From Candidatus Latescibacterota bacterium (GTDB lineage Bacteria; Latescibacterota; UBA2968; UBA8231), in assembly GCA_965248265.1 (NCBI GenBank), contig CBDFJF010000001.1, positions 2,656,001 through 2,720,000 on the forward strand: a stretch of 64,000 nucleotides of DNA. The letters are read 5' to 3'. Every line of letters starts with the position of its first letter. Within the stretch, counting starts at the first letter, position 1. The notes under the pieces are model-generated. The model did not search any database. It was not told the origin of the DNA and saw only the letters and a list, made by a program, of their open reading frames with translations. This document shows positions 39,734 to 49,344 of the stretch, piece after piece. The position numbers and the translations under genes were made by a program.

Positions 39734-40674
39734 TTGATCGCATTCGACTGCTCGCGGTCCTGGCCATCTTCGCCACATCTGTTACTGCGATTGATGCCGC
39801 CGATTACGCCGGCGCCTTTCTCGAGACCACCGTTGGCGCTCGCGGTCTGGGTATGGGTGGCGCCTTCGCAGCCGCCGTCGACGATGCCTCGGCCACGTTC
39901 TGGAACCCGGCGGGGTTGGCCGGAAACCGGGGCAAGGGCATTGTCGCTACGGTGCAACCGCGTTCTCTCGATCGCAAGCAGAGCAGCATTGCTGGTGCCT
40001 TCAATGGCCGCGGTGGACTCGGATTCGGTTTCGCCTGGGTTCACGCGGGGGTGGATGATATCATCGGTCGCACCGGATCGGGGGAGCCCTTTGGAAACAT
40101 CGAAAACGGCGAAAACGCCTTGATCTTCGGCCTCGGGATCCCCGTCAACCCCCATCTCTCCATCGGTTTTGCGGTAAAGACCATCCGCCACGAGATCAAA
40201 GTGCCCCAGTCGGGTTCTTCGTCGGGTACCGGCCGAGCCCTGGATCTAGGCCTCGTCTACACCTTGCCTGGCGACACCAGAGTGGGTCTTGCGTTACGGA
40301 ATATCAGTGGACGAATCAGCTGGTCGGTAGAACGACGAGCGGGCCAGACCAGCAAGTCCAAGGATCAGCTGCCGACGACGGTGATCCTCGGTGTCGCCCA
40401 CCGCCCGCGGGAGGGAGTGACCGTTGCCCTGGATGCGCAATCAAGCAATGTCGAAACCACCCTCAGCACCGGGATGGAATGGAAGGTGAACCCGATGCTC
40501 AGTGTGGGCGGGGGACTCAACCGCGCCGGCTCCGAGTCGAATGTCGGCTACCCTGCATTTTCCGTGGCCGTGCGTCCCATGCAAATCGACAGGTTCCAAT
40601 TGCACTACACCTACGTCACCGACGACCTCGACGCCGGCGCCCTGTTCGTGGCAGGCCTGTCCCTGCAGTGGTGA
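39730..40674 (+). CDS. PorV/PorQ-family outer-membrane barrel
   Basis: 'GAFL...VGARGLGMGGAF.A..DDASATFWNPAGL' N-terminal signature. Confidence 0.82.
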   Translation: MIDRIRLLAVLAIFATSVTAIDAADYAGAFLETTVGARGLGMGGAFAAAVDDASATFWNPAGLAGNRGKGIVATVQPRSLDRKQSSIAGAFNGRGGLGFGFAWVHAGVDDIIGRTGSGEPFGNIENGENALIFGLGIPVNPHLSIGFAVKTIRHEIKVPQSGSSSGTGRALDLGLVYTLPGDTRVGLALRNISGRISWSVERRAGQTSKSKDQLPTTVILGVAHRPREGVTVALDAQSSNVETTLSTGMEWKVNPMLSVGGGLNRAGSESNVGYPAFSVAVRPMQIDRFQLHYTYVTDDLDAGALFVAGLSLQW

Positions 40675-40679
40675 GGCCA

Positions 40680-41576
40680 ATGCGATCAACTTCTGTGGTC
40701 GCCAGGCGTGGTGCGGGGCTTCTGGTCCTGCTGACGGCCTTTTTCAGTACGTTGCCATTGGCCGCGGACACCACCGGGTTGCCGTTTCTGCGCCTGGGCA
40801 GCAATGCTCGCGTTTCGGCCTTGGGCGGAGCCGGCACCGCGTTGCTGGACGGTCAGGCCTTTGCGACCAACCCCGCGGCCCTGTCTCCTTCGAGTGCACG
40901 AGTTTTCGGCGTCACCCACAGTGAGTGGATTCAGCAGATAAGGCACGAATACATCAATGCAGCGTGGGAGCGCCCATCCGGCGCCATCGGTTTGGCAGTG
41001 CTGGTCTCCCATGTCGACGAGCTGGAGCGGAGAATACAACCAAGCGTGAATCCCCTGGGTACCTTCGGGGTCTCCGAGTGGGCGGCCGGGATCACGGCCA
41101 ATCGCGATCTGACCGCGCAGTTGCGTGCCGGAGCAACCGCCCGGTTTGTGCGCCAGTCCGTGTTCACGGAGGCTGCGGCGGGCGGCGCCATCGATATCGG
41201 ACTGCTTTACAGTGCCAGCCCTGCCTGGATGCTGGGAGCTGCGTTGAGCAACCTGGGAACCTTGAGCCGTCTCGACCGCGAGGGTACCGATTTGCCGTTG
41301 CAGATCAAAGTCGGCAACGTCGTGACGCGTTCGGACTGGTTGGTGTCCGCCGATGCGCAATGGGCGCGCGGAAGCGGCGGTTCACTTCACCTTGGAACGG
41401 AATGGGCACCGCACCCCGGATTCACCTTGCGCACTGGTTATCAGACCTCCGATACCCGGCACTTCTCCTTCGGAACAGGTGTGGCCTCTGGCGGCTGGCA
41501 CCTAGATTATACCTTCGTGCCATTCCGCGATGATCTTGGTGACGCCCACCGCCTCAGCCTTCACCTTCGCGGTTGA
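40680..41576 (+). CDS. PorV/PorQ-family outer-membrane barrel (second paralog)
   Basis: 'GLPFLRLG..AR..ALGG..NPA', 'THSEW', C-terminal 'LDYTFVPF.DLG.AHRLSL'. Confidence 0.82.
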   Translation: MRSTSVVARRGAGLLVLLTAFFSTLPLAADTTGLPFLRLGSNARVSALGGAGTALLDGQAFATNPAALSPSSARVFGVTHSEWIQQIRHEYINAAWERPSGAIGLAVLVSHVDELERRIQPSVNPLGTFGVSEWAAGITANRDLTAQLRAGATARFVRQSVFTEAAAGGAIDIGLLYSASPAWMLGAALSNLGTLSRLDREGTDLPLQIKVGNVVTRSDWLVSADAQWARGSGGSLHLGTEWAPHPGFTLRTGYQTSDTRHFSFGTGVASGGWHLDYTFVPFRDDLGDAHRLSLHLRG

Positions 41577-41586
41577 GTCAGCCGTC

Positions 41587-42648
41587 GTGAACCTTTGGCG
41601 CAAACAGCCACCACCGTCTGATCCTTCGCGTTCGTTGCTCTCGGACTCTGAGGCTGAAGCCTCCGCCCTGCCGCTCTCCCAGTACCGAGACCTTGCACCG
41701 GTGATTCAGACTCCGACCGCGCCGCCTGAGATGGGGGACGGGGCCATCGTCGCACAGTCGCCGCGCATCTGGCTGCACCTATCCCTGTTCCTGCTGACAC
41801 TGCTGTCGATGACGGCGGCCGGTGCTCTACAACGTGGCGTCAATCCATTTACCGGTCTTGGCCAGCTCGTCCACCTGGTAGAGGGGATCCCCTACGCGGC
41901 GGCCCTGCTGGGAATTCTCACCGTCCACGAGTTCGGCCATTACTTCGCGGCCAGACATTGGGGGGTGCGCGCGTCGCTGCCTTATTTTCTGCCGCTCCCC
42001 ATTCACCTGTTCGGCACATTGGGCGCGGTGATTCGACTGCGCTCGCAGATCCCTCACAAACGGGCTTTGCTCGACATCGGCGCCGCGGGGCCGTTGGCCG
42101 GGTTGGTCGTTGCCATCATCGCCTGTGCCGTCGGCCTGCCGCAGTCTCGGGTGGTGTCCCCGGAATATTTCCAACAGTCACCTTTCGCCCATGCCGACAT
42201 GGTAATCCAGCTTGGCGAGCCGCTGCTGTTCAAGGGACTTGCCGCACTGCTCTTGCCGCCGCTGGGGCCGCAAGAGACCGTCATTCTCAGCCCCCTCGCG
42301 TTTGCCGGTTGGGTCGGCCTTTTCATCACGGCGGTCAATCTCTTTCCCGTGGGACAACTCGACGGTGGCCACATCTGCTATGCTTTGTGGGGTCGGGGAC
42401 ACCGGCTTGTAGGCCGCGCCACCTTTGGTTTGTTGCTGGGCTCCGGGATCTACGGTATTCTATCTGGTGGGTGGTGGGGTTGGATCGTGTTTGCTTTTTT
42501 CCTCGCCTTGTTCGGCAGCCTATTCGGATGGGACCACCCATCACCTCATCATCCCGCGATTCCTCTCAACCGCTGGCGGCGAGGCGTTGGTGTGCTCTGT
42601 TTGCTGGTGTTCGCGCTTTGCTTCACTCCCGTTCCCTTCGGACTCTGA
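41587..42648 (+). CDS. Site-2 protease (M50) family intramembrane metalloprotease
   Basis: 'HEFGH', 'GTLGAVI', 'AGPLAG', 'NLFPVGQLDGGH'; start uncertain. Confidence 0.9.
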   Translation: MNLWRKQPPPSDPSRSLLSDSEAEASALPLSQYRDLAPVIQTPTAPPEMGDGAIVAQSPRIWLHLSLFLLTLLSMTAAGALQRGVNPFTGLGQLVHLVEGIPYAAALLGILTVHEFGHYFAARHWGVRASLPYFLPLPIHLFGTLGAVIRLRSQIPHKRALLDIGAAGPLAGLVVAIIACAVGLPQSRVVSPEYFQQSPFAHADMVIQLGEPLLFKGLAALLLPPLGPQETVILSPLAFAGWVGLFITAVNLFPVGQLDGGHICYALWGRGHRLVGRATFGLLLGSGIYGILSGGWWGWIVFAFFLALFGSLFGWDHPSPHHPAIPLNRWRRGVGVLCLLVFALCFTPVPFGL

Positions 42649-42656
42649 TCACCCCC

Positions 42657-43421
42657 ATGCCGGCGCCTTGGGCCGTCCGAATCATGGCAATCGGCGCGCT
42701 CGTGATCAGCGCGTGCGGACTTAGCGACGATGCTCAGGTAGCCTGTCGCTGCTCCGAAGACACGGACGTGCGGTCTTTCCCCCAGTGCGTCGACTTCTTA
42801 TCGGATGCGTCCAACGCTGCTGGCAGCCCGTTTTCCTCCCGCATCGCAGACTGTCCCAGCGGCAAGCGGCTGTTCCTGCGGGAACCGACGACCCCGGAAG
42901 CCGTCCTTTTCAATGTCGTGGATACAATGAGAGGACTGAGTCCTGTGCAGTACATGGACCAGCTCACGAAGGATTTCCTCTTCGTCCCCGACGTGGAGGC
43001 GATGGAACTTTACCTGGATGTCTATAATCCCCCGACCGGATACAACCCGGATTTCCCTGATGTCGACACCCTGTGGAACCGCGAGCAGGAGAGGCGCTTT
43101 GCCGTCAACATGCTCGACAACACTCAGTTTCGCAGCATCGTCATAGAGCGCTGGTTCCAGTCTTCCAAAGATGAACGTATCCTGTTCGATGATGACCCGC
43201 TGCATGAGCGCTATATTTTTCCATACGAGATCTTGCTCACGGAACAACCCACTTCGGAGGACCCCGGTGAGATCTTTGAACTCAGGGGTCGTCTGGAACT
43301 GGATATGATTACGGAGACTGATGACAACCCGCTATGGCTGGTACGGCGTATGCGGGATTTCAGAGACTTCGCCACCGCCAGACGCTCGCTGACTGAGATC
43401 AGAGGCGACTTCGCGCAATGA
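42657..43421 (+). CDS. Hypothetical lipoprotein
   Basis: Lipobox 'ISAC'; 'PTTPEAVLFNV..Y...L..DFLF'; similar to the next gene. Confidence 0.7.
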   Translation: MPAPWAVRIMAIGALVISACGLSDDAQVACRCSEDTDVRSFPQCVDFLSDASNAAGSPFSSRIADCPSGKRLFLREPTTPEAVLFNVVDTMRGLSPVQYMDQLTKDFLFVPDVEAMELYLDVYNPPTGYNPDFPDVDTLWNREQERRFAVNMLDNTQFRSIVIERWFQSSKDERILFDDDPLHERYIFPYEILLTEQPTSEDPGEIFELRGRLELDMITETDDNPLWLVRRMRDFRDFATARRSLTEIRGDFAQ

Positions 43422-44167
43422 CGAGGCATTTGCGCGTTATACTACAGCAGGAGTTTGGTATGAACCTGTCCCATGCGTTGCCAACCGCCAGCATTCTGAG
43501 AATGCTGCTGATTATTTCCACATCGGTTGCCTGGTTTTCCTGTAGCAATCCTTTTGCGCCGAGCACGGACAGGCCTCCCCCCGACCAAACGGTAGAACCA
43601 GCCGCTGAAGCCACCCAGCCCGAGATCGTCATGGACAACCTCGAGCGCGCCTTCAACGAACGTGACAAGGAACTCTATGAAACCTTGCTGGATGACGCTT
43701 TCTGGTTTTCGGAGCCTGACTGTCTTGGCAATATGGTGCTCGAAAACGGCAAAGAGGAAGAGCTCGAGATCATGGGACCTCGCGATGGCTCCAGCCAGGG
43801 CATCTTCGACATCTTCCGAACGATTGAGTACGAATTCGTTCCACTCGAGCGTTCAACGGAGTTGGGACGCGATTTTCCCATCGCCTTCGAGGGTGACCCG
43901 GATGGCCACCCGGACGAGGACTGGGAGGTTTTCCGCGGCCGCGTCCAGATTCTGCTGTTGAAATCCGCCGACGACGGCAACAGGGTCGATCAGACCATGA
44001 CCTTCAAGTTGCGCCAGGGTGATGACAGCCTCTGGCGCATCAGGCGCTGGCTCACCGATCCCCTTACAGGGGACTGCAATTCGGGTGAGGTTGATGCGGG
44101 TGAGGGCTCAGCCAAGCGGATCGCCACACTCGAGTCAGCCTCGTGGTCTCAGCTCAAGCAGCGCTGA
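43418..44167 (+). CDS. Hypothetical lipoprotein
   Basis: 'WFSC-SNPFAP', 'QPEIVMDNL..Y..LL..AFWF', 'WRIRRW'; ends 'SASWSQLKQR'. Confidence 0.72.
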   Translation: MTRHLRVILQQEFGMNLSHALPTASILRMLLIISTSVAWFSCSNPFAPSTDRPPPDQTVEPAAEATQPEIVMDNLERAFNERDKELYETLLDDAFWFSEPDCLGNMVLENGKEEELEIMGPRDGSSQGIFDIFRTIEYEFVPLERSTELGRDFPIAFEGDPDGHPDEDWEVFRGRVQILLLKSADDGNRVDQTMTFKLRQGDDSLWRIRRWLTDPLTGDCNSGEVDAGEGSAKRIATLESASWSQLKQR

Positions 44168-44179
44168 GCAGCCGTCAGC

Positions 44180-45403
44180 GTGGGTCGAAGTCCATCCTCT
44201 CCCCCCACACCCATGGCGCGGCGGCGGCGCACGCCGCGCTGGCACCTGGCGCTGTCTGCGTTTCTGTTGTTGGCAGCAGTCGCCGCCGTCCTCATCGTTC
44301 AATGGCGAGCACGACCTGAAGCACTGCTACCCGCCTACGCGGCATTGCCGCTTCCAGACCCGGCTCCAGCCTCCCATCCCCGAGCCTTCGCCGACACCCT
44401 GCTGAGTCAAACCGAGGCCACGCTGGGTGAAATCGGCATCTGGCCGGAATTGATCTCACGGTCGCGTCAGTTCCGGGACGATTCCCAGTCGACCGACGTA
44501 TCCCAGTCGACCGATTCAGCTCTTCCCCCCGACGTCATCACCGTCACCGTACCTGCCGATCTGCCGCTGGCTGTCGTCAATCTCAGCCTGACTCACCTCG
44601 TCACCTGGAACGGCGGTCAGGTTCTTGCTGGTATCGAGCATAAAGCCCGTTGGGTGGAACTGATATGCGGGGTCGATTCCACCGAGACCACACGGTTTCA
44701 GCTGCAGCACGATTCTCGCCTCAAACGCCGCACCGGGCGCATCGCCATCGTCCTCGATGACTTCGGCCAACGTTCCTGGAACGGCAACCTCGTCGAGCGC
44801 TTCTGCGCACTGCCGTGGCCGTTGACCCTGGCCATTCTTCCCAATGAAGGCCACGCCACGGAGGTTGTCTCCATAGCCATTCGGCATGGCCACGAGGCCC
44901 TGCTTCATCTGCCGATGGAGCCGATGGCCTTCCCCGAAGAGGATCCCGGCGACGGAGCCATCTTCGTGCGCCAGGATGGCGCCACCATCCGCGCCCTGCT
45001 GCGGCAGGCCTTGAGCGAGGTTCCGGGCGTCGCCGGAGTCAACAACCATATGGGATCCAGGGCGACCGCCGATTCCAGGGTTATGGAGGAAATCCTGGGC
45101 GAGCTCAAGGCCCTCGACCTGTTCTTCCTCGACAGCCGGACCAGCGCCGAGTCGTTGGGCTACGCAATGGCCAGTGCCATGGGAGTGCCGGCCGCACGGC
45201 GTGACCTGTTCATCGACCCGGTAGATGAGATCGCTGCTGTCGAGGACAGGCTGTGGGCTCTGGCGGCCCTCGCCGAAGACCAGGGCGAGGCGATCGGAAT
45301 CGGCCACGATCGGGAGCAAACCCTGCTGGCTCTGCAAGCGGTGTTGCCACGGCTAGAGTCCCGTGGTCATCAGCTGGTGCCCGTGTCCCAGCTGGTACGG
45401 TGA
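44180..45403 (+). CDS. Divergent polysaccharide deacetylase (YibQ-like), membrane-anchored
   Basis: 'AIVLDDFG', 'LHLPMEP', 'NNHMGS', 'FLDSRT', 'IGIGH'. Confidence 0.92.
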   Translation: MGRSPSSPPTPMARRRRTPRWHLALSAFLLLAAVAAVLIVQWRARPEALLPAYAALPLPDPAPASHPRAFADTLLSQTEATLGEIGIWPELISRSRQFRDDSQSTDVSQSTDSALPPDVITVTVPADLPLAVVNLSLTHLVTWNGGQVLAGIEHKARWVELICGVDSTETTRFQLQHDSRLKRRTGRIAIVLDDFGQRSWNGNLVERFCALPWPLTLAILPNEGHATEVVSIAIRHGHEALLHLPMEPMAFPEEDPGDGAIFVRQDGATIRALLRQALSEVPGVAGVNNHMGSRATADSRVMEEILGELKALDLFFLDSRTSAESLGYAMASAMGVPAARRDLFIDPVDEIAAVEDRLWALAALAEDQGEAIGIGHDREQTLLALQAVLPRLESRGHQLVPVSQLVR

Positions 45404-45420
45404 GAGCGCGCGACACACAC

Positions 45421-46554
45421 GTGACCTTCCGTTACGAAGTCGTCGCCCGCGACCTGACGACGGAGGCTCGGGCTGGCCTCCTTCACACGCCGCGCGGCAC
45501 CATCGAGACCCCCGTGTTCATGCCCGTGGGCACCAGGGCATCGGTAAAGGCGATGTCACAGGACGATCTTCGCGAGCTCGATGCAAGGATCGTGTTGGGC
45601 AACGCCTATCACCTCTATCTGCGTCCCGGTGACGAGCTCATCGCCCGTGCGGGCGGTCTCCATTCCTTCATGAACTGGGATCGGGCGCTGCTGACGGACA
45701 GCGGCGGTTTTCAGGTCTTCAGCCTGAAAGGTTTGACCCGTATCGAGGAAGAGGGTGTGCACTTTCAGTCTCACCTGGATGGCTCTTACCATCTGTTTTC
45801 ACCCGAGAAGGTGATGGAGATCGAGCATCATCTTGGTGCCGATGTGATCATGGCGTTCGATGAATGCACACCCTATCCGGCCACGGAGGAGTACGCCCGT
45901 CTGTCGATGGAGCGCACCCAGCGTTGGGCAGAGCGCTGTGTAGCCCGCCACGATGAACTCGGTAACCCGTTTGAGGGCGACGGTCCAGCCTTGTTTGGCA
46001 TCGTCCAGGGGAGCGTGTACGAGCCACTTCGCCGGCGATCTGCCCGGGACCTGGTCGCACTCGATCTGCCTGGTTATGCCCTGGGCGGTCTTGGAGTCGG
46101 CGAGCCGACGGACCGCATGTTGGGAATGATAGAGGCCTGTGTGCCGGAACTGCCCGCCCAACGGCCACGGTACTTGATGGGGGTTGGATTGCCCAGCGAT
46201 CTCGCCCAGAGCGTTGCCCGTGGCATCGACATGTTCGACTGTGTTATCCCGACGCGCAACGCGCGCAATGGCACGCTGTTTACCTCGAAGGGACGTCTTC
46301 GCATCAAGAACGCGATCCATGCTGAGGACCTGAGCCCGATAGACCCCGATTGCGCCTGCAGAACTTGCCGCCAGTACCACCGTGCTTACCTGCGTCATCT
46401 GTTCCAGACGAACGAACTGCTGGGTCTTCATCTGGCGACCTATCACAACGTTTTTTTCTATTTGCAGTTGATGCGCACGATGCGGCAGGCCATAGTGGAG
46501 GGTCGTTTTCGTCTCTGGCAGGAGGAGTTTCTCAGTACCTGCGGTGACACCTGA
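45421..46554 (+). CDS. tgt: tRNA-guanine transglycosylase
   Basis: 'TPVFMPVGT', 'DSGGFQVFSL', 'FGIVQG', 'YLMGVG', 'DMFDCV', zinc-binding Cys motif. Confidence 0.98.
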   Translation: MTFRYEVVARDLTTEARAGLLHTPRGTIETPVFMPVGTRASVKAMSQDDLRELDARIVLGNAYHLYLRPGDELIARAGGLHSFMNWDRALLTDSGGFQVFSLKGLTRIEEEGVHFQSHLDGSYHLFSPEKVMEIEHHLGADVIMAFDECTPYPATEEYARLSMERTQRWAERCVARHDELGNPFEGDGPALFGIVQGSVYEPLRRRSARDLVALDLPGYALGGLGVGEPTDRMLGMIEACVPELPAQRPRYLMGVGLPSDLAQSVARGIDMFDCVIPTRNARNGTLFTSKGRLRIKNAIHAEDLSPIDPDCACRTCRQYHRAYLRHLFQTNELLGLHLATYHNVFFYLQLMRTMRQAIVEGRFRLWQEEFLSTCGDT

Positions 46555-46649
46555 GGTATTTACGGCGACTCGTCAGATTCCTTACCTTGTTAGGAACGTC
46601 TGTCAGTGCCCATTTAGAAGCTGTGACCCGTTTACGGAGAGGATTTACC

Positions 46650-46985
46650 TTGCTGGTTTTCCTAGTTGATACCGCGCATGCCATGGGAGCCCCGGGGGGG
46701 GAAAGCGGCGGCAGCCCTATCGGCACGTTGCTGCCGTTCGTACTTATGTTCGGGGTGTTGTATTTCTTGATTCTGCGCCCGCAAATCAAGAAACAGAAGT
46801 CGCAGCAGAGGATGATCGATGAGCTCAAGAAGGGCGACGAAATCGTCACCAGCGGCGGCATCCACGGGGTCATCACCAACCTCAAGGACGACTCCATCAG
46901 CGTCAAGATTGCCGAAAACGTCAAGGTCGAACTCACGCGCTCCGCTGTTTCGCGCGTCAAGGAGGGGGGCAGTTCGAGCGAGTGA
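46650..46985 (+). CDS. yajC: Preprotein translocase subunit YajC
   Basis: 'YFLILRPQ.KK', 'LKKGDEIVTSGGIHG'; TTG start after GGAGAGG. Confidence 0.95.
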   Translation: MLVFLVDTAHAMGAPGGESGGSPIGTLLPFVLMFGVLYFLILRPQIKKQKSQQRMIDELKKGDEIVTSGGIHGVITNLKDDSISVKIAENVKVELTRSAVSRVKEGGSSSE

Positions 46986-47034
46986 GCGCCGTCCGAGCGA
47001 TGGTGTTGCACCAGCGCTTCGGTAGAGAAGACGA

Positions 47035-47967
47035 ATGAAACTCGTCTTCATGGGGACGCCGGAGTTTGCGGTCCCTTCGTTACGTGCGCTGGCCTCCAGC
47101 CGGCACGACATCGCTGCCGTGGTCACCAACCCCGATCGACCTGCTGGTCGCGGGCGCAAGGTCACCCCTCCCCCGATCAAAATGTTGTCTGAAGAACTCG
47201 AGCTCGAGCTCTTGCAGCCGGCCTCCCTGATAGACCCCGAATTCATCGATTACCTTCAGCAGTCAGCGGTCGATCTGTTCGTCGTCGTCGCTTTTTCAAT
47301 CCTGCCACGCCGGCTTCTGCGCCTGCCGGCCATCGGCAGCGTCAACCTGCATCCCTCCTTGCTGCCGGCTTACCGTGGTGCTGCACCGATCGTATGGGCC
47401 CTGTTCAACGGCGACAGTGAGACCGGACTGACAACGTTTCTGCTTACCTCGCGGGTCGACGCGGGAGACATCCTGATGCAAGAGCGGGTCGGTATACGAG
47501 AGGATGAAACGGCGGGTGACCTCGAGGGGCGATTGAAGGATATGGGCGCGCGCGTCCTCGTCGACAGCATCGACGGTCTGGAGGATGGCTCCATACAACC
47601 GCTTCCGCAGTCCACCCAGGGGCTCAGCCTGGCCCGCAAGCTCACCAAGGAGGATGGGCGCATCGATTGGAATCAGCCGAGTGCTCGGATCCACAACCTC
47701 GTACGGGGTGCCAATCCCATGCCGGGCGCGTTCTGTGAGTGGGCGGACGGGCAACCGTTGAAGATCCACCGTTGCCGCCCTTGTCCGGCGCCAACCAGTG
47801 CTCCGCCCGGCAGCGTGCTGCGCGCCGATGAAGGCGGACTCCTGGTAGCAACGGGTGACGGCGCTGTCGAGTTGATTCAAGTGCAACCTGCCGGTAAGCC
47901 GGTCATGGACGCCGCCGCCTTCCTGCGGGGTCACCGCCTCAGTGCGGGCAGACCCTTCAGCAGTTGA
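47035..47967 (+). CDS. fmt: Methionyl-tRNA formyltransferase
   Basis: 'FMGTPEFA', 'PDRPAGRG', 'NLHPSLLP.YRGAAP', 'DAGD'. Confidence 0.97.
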   Translation: MKLVFMGTPEFAVPSLRALASSRHDIAAVVTNPDRPAGRGRKVTPPPIKMLSEELELELLQPASLIDPEFIDYLQQSAVDLFVVVAFSILPRRLLRLPAIGSVNLHPSLLPAYRGAAPIVWALFNGDSETGLTTFLLTSRVDAGDILMQERVGIREDETAGDLEGRLKDMGARVLVDSIDGLEDGSIQPLPQSTQGLSLARKLTKEDGRIDWNQPSARIHNLVRGANPMPGAFCEWADGQPLKIHRCRPCPAPTSAPPGSVLRADEGGLLVATGDGAVELIQVQPAGKPVMDAAAFLRGHRLSAGRPFSS

Positions 47968-48563
47968 TTTCTTCGATGCGGGGACCCTTCATCCGTCACT
48001 CGTTCGCCCTCCTCGCTTTTGCCACATCCGCGGCAGCAGTCGATGATCAGATGACGGCCTGGGAGGATTCGACGACGACCCTGAGAGCCATCGCGGGCAA
48101 GGCGCAGCGACCCCGTACGGCGCTAATCCAATCAGCGCTGGTTCCAGGATGGGGCCAGCTCAACAACGGGCACCTTCTCAAGGCCGCGTTGTTCGGCGGT
48201 ACAGCCGTCGGTTTCCTGGCTGCCGTGTTCGTCGAAAGGGACAACCTGAACCGCACCGACATGGAAATCGGCGATGCCCGCGATGCCTTGTCGGGCCTGG
48301 TTGCCGCCGGCGGGGACGACCCGCAGCTGCGCGCCCGGATCGCCCAGCTGGAGGGTGAATTCGAGGATCAGGCTGCGCGACGTAACACCCGTCTGCTCTA
48401 TCTGTTCACCACGGCGACGCTGGCTGCCGTCGATGCATACGTCGATGCCCACCTTGCTGATTTTGGTTCCTCGGGTAGATCGTTCGAAGTGATGCCGCGC
48501 TCCGAAGGGGTGTCATTCAGCCTCAGATGGCGCCTGCCGGCAACGAGTGAGAGAAACCGGTAG
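47964..48563 (+). CDS. DUF5683-like membrane protein
   Basis: 'SALVPGWGQL.NG..LKA', 'DAYVDAHL'. Confidence 0.75.
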   Translation: MISSMRGPFIRHSFALLAFATSAAAVDDQMTAWEDSTTTLRAIAGKAQRPRTALIQSALVPGWGQLNNGHLLKAALFGGTAVGFLAAVFVERDNLNRTDMEIGDARDALSGLVAAGGDDPQLRARIAQLEGEFEDQAARRNTRLLYLFTTATLAAVDAYVDAHLADFGSSGRSFEVMPRSEGVSFSLRWRLPATSERNR

Positions 48564-48590
48564 AGGAATGGCCCCTGTAGCTGATGCGGT

Positions 48591-48632
48591 TGTGAAGCGG
48601 ATCACAGGAACCTACTTTTATGATGGTATATT
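48591..48632 (+). promoter_or_regulatory. CRP/FNR-family site with extended -10 promoter
   Basis: TGTGA-AGCGGA-TCACA (48591-48606), then TG-G-TATATT (48624-48632). Confidence 0.65.
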
Positions 48633-48702
48633 AAGTTGCCCTCTCTCCTGGAAGATCTCCAGTGATGAGGCGCGTACCTTGCCAAGTGTCGAGAGAGCTT
48701 TC

Positions 48703-49299
48703 GTGGGTAAGAAGATTAAACACCGTTCTTTGTTAGGGGTTCTGGCTCTTTGCCTGCAGCTACAAGCATGCAGCGATGATAACCCGCAGTCGGGAGGCAC
48801 CCCAATTCCCAGCCAGCCTGGATCACAGTCGACATTACAGCAGCATATCTCCCTAAGTGGTGGCTACGCCGACCGCATCGATATTGTGGGTGGTCCCTGG
48901 CAAGCCAGTGGGCCGCAAGAGGAAGTCAGTCTGACCTTCGTGGCCTCCGGGTTGAGCGAGGTGAAACAGTTTCAGATCGACGTCAAGTTCGAGCCGGTTG
49001 GGGCCTTTGACGTTGAGGGGACCGTCTTCGTCGCCGAGGATCCCTTCATCGATCCCTTTCCCAATGGAATCGTCCTCGTCGCGGAGGATCAGGTACAGAT
49101 GGGTGCCGCCATTTTGGGCAACAGTGTGATTTCAGGTGACAAGACTCTTGGGACTTTGAAGTTCAGGACGAGTTCGACCTTCGGGCGTCTCGTGCAAGCT
49201 CAGATTGGTGTCGAGCGATTTTCGGTCGGGCCCAGTTCGACCGATAGAGATGAGTACACCGGGGAGACCCTGAACCTCGGTGTCATCGTCAATGAGTGA
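48703..49299 (+). CDS. Hypothetical lipoprotein, beta-sandwich (cohesin-like?)
   Basis: GTG start; lipobox 'LQAC'; clear paralog of the next gene. Confidence 0.7.
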   Translation: MGKKIKHRSLLGVLALCLQLQACSDDNPQSGGTPIPSQPGSQSTLQQHISLSGGYADRIDIVGGPWQASGPQEEVSLTFVASGLSEVKQFQIDVKFEPVGAFDVEGTVFVAEDPFIDPFPNGIVLVAEDQVQMGAAILGNSVISGDKTLGTLKFRTSSTFGRLVQAQIGVERFSVGPSSTDRDEYTGETLNLGVIVNE

Positions 49300-49344
49300 A
49301 ATAGAGTTTGACTTGAGCAAACAACCCCTAACCTGGGATTGGAC

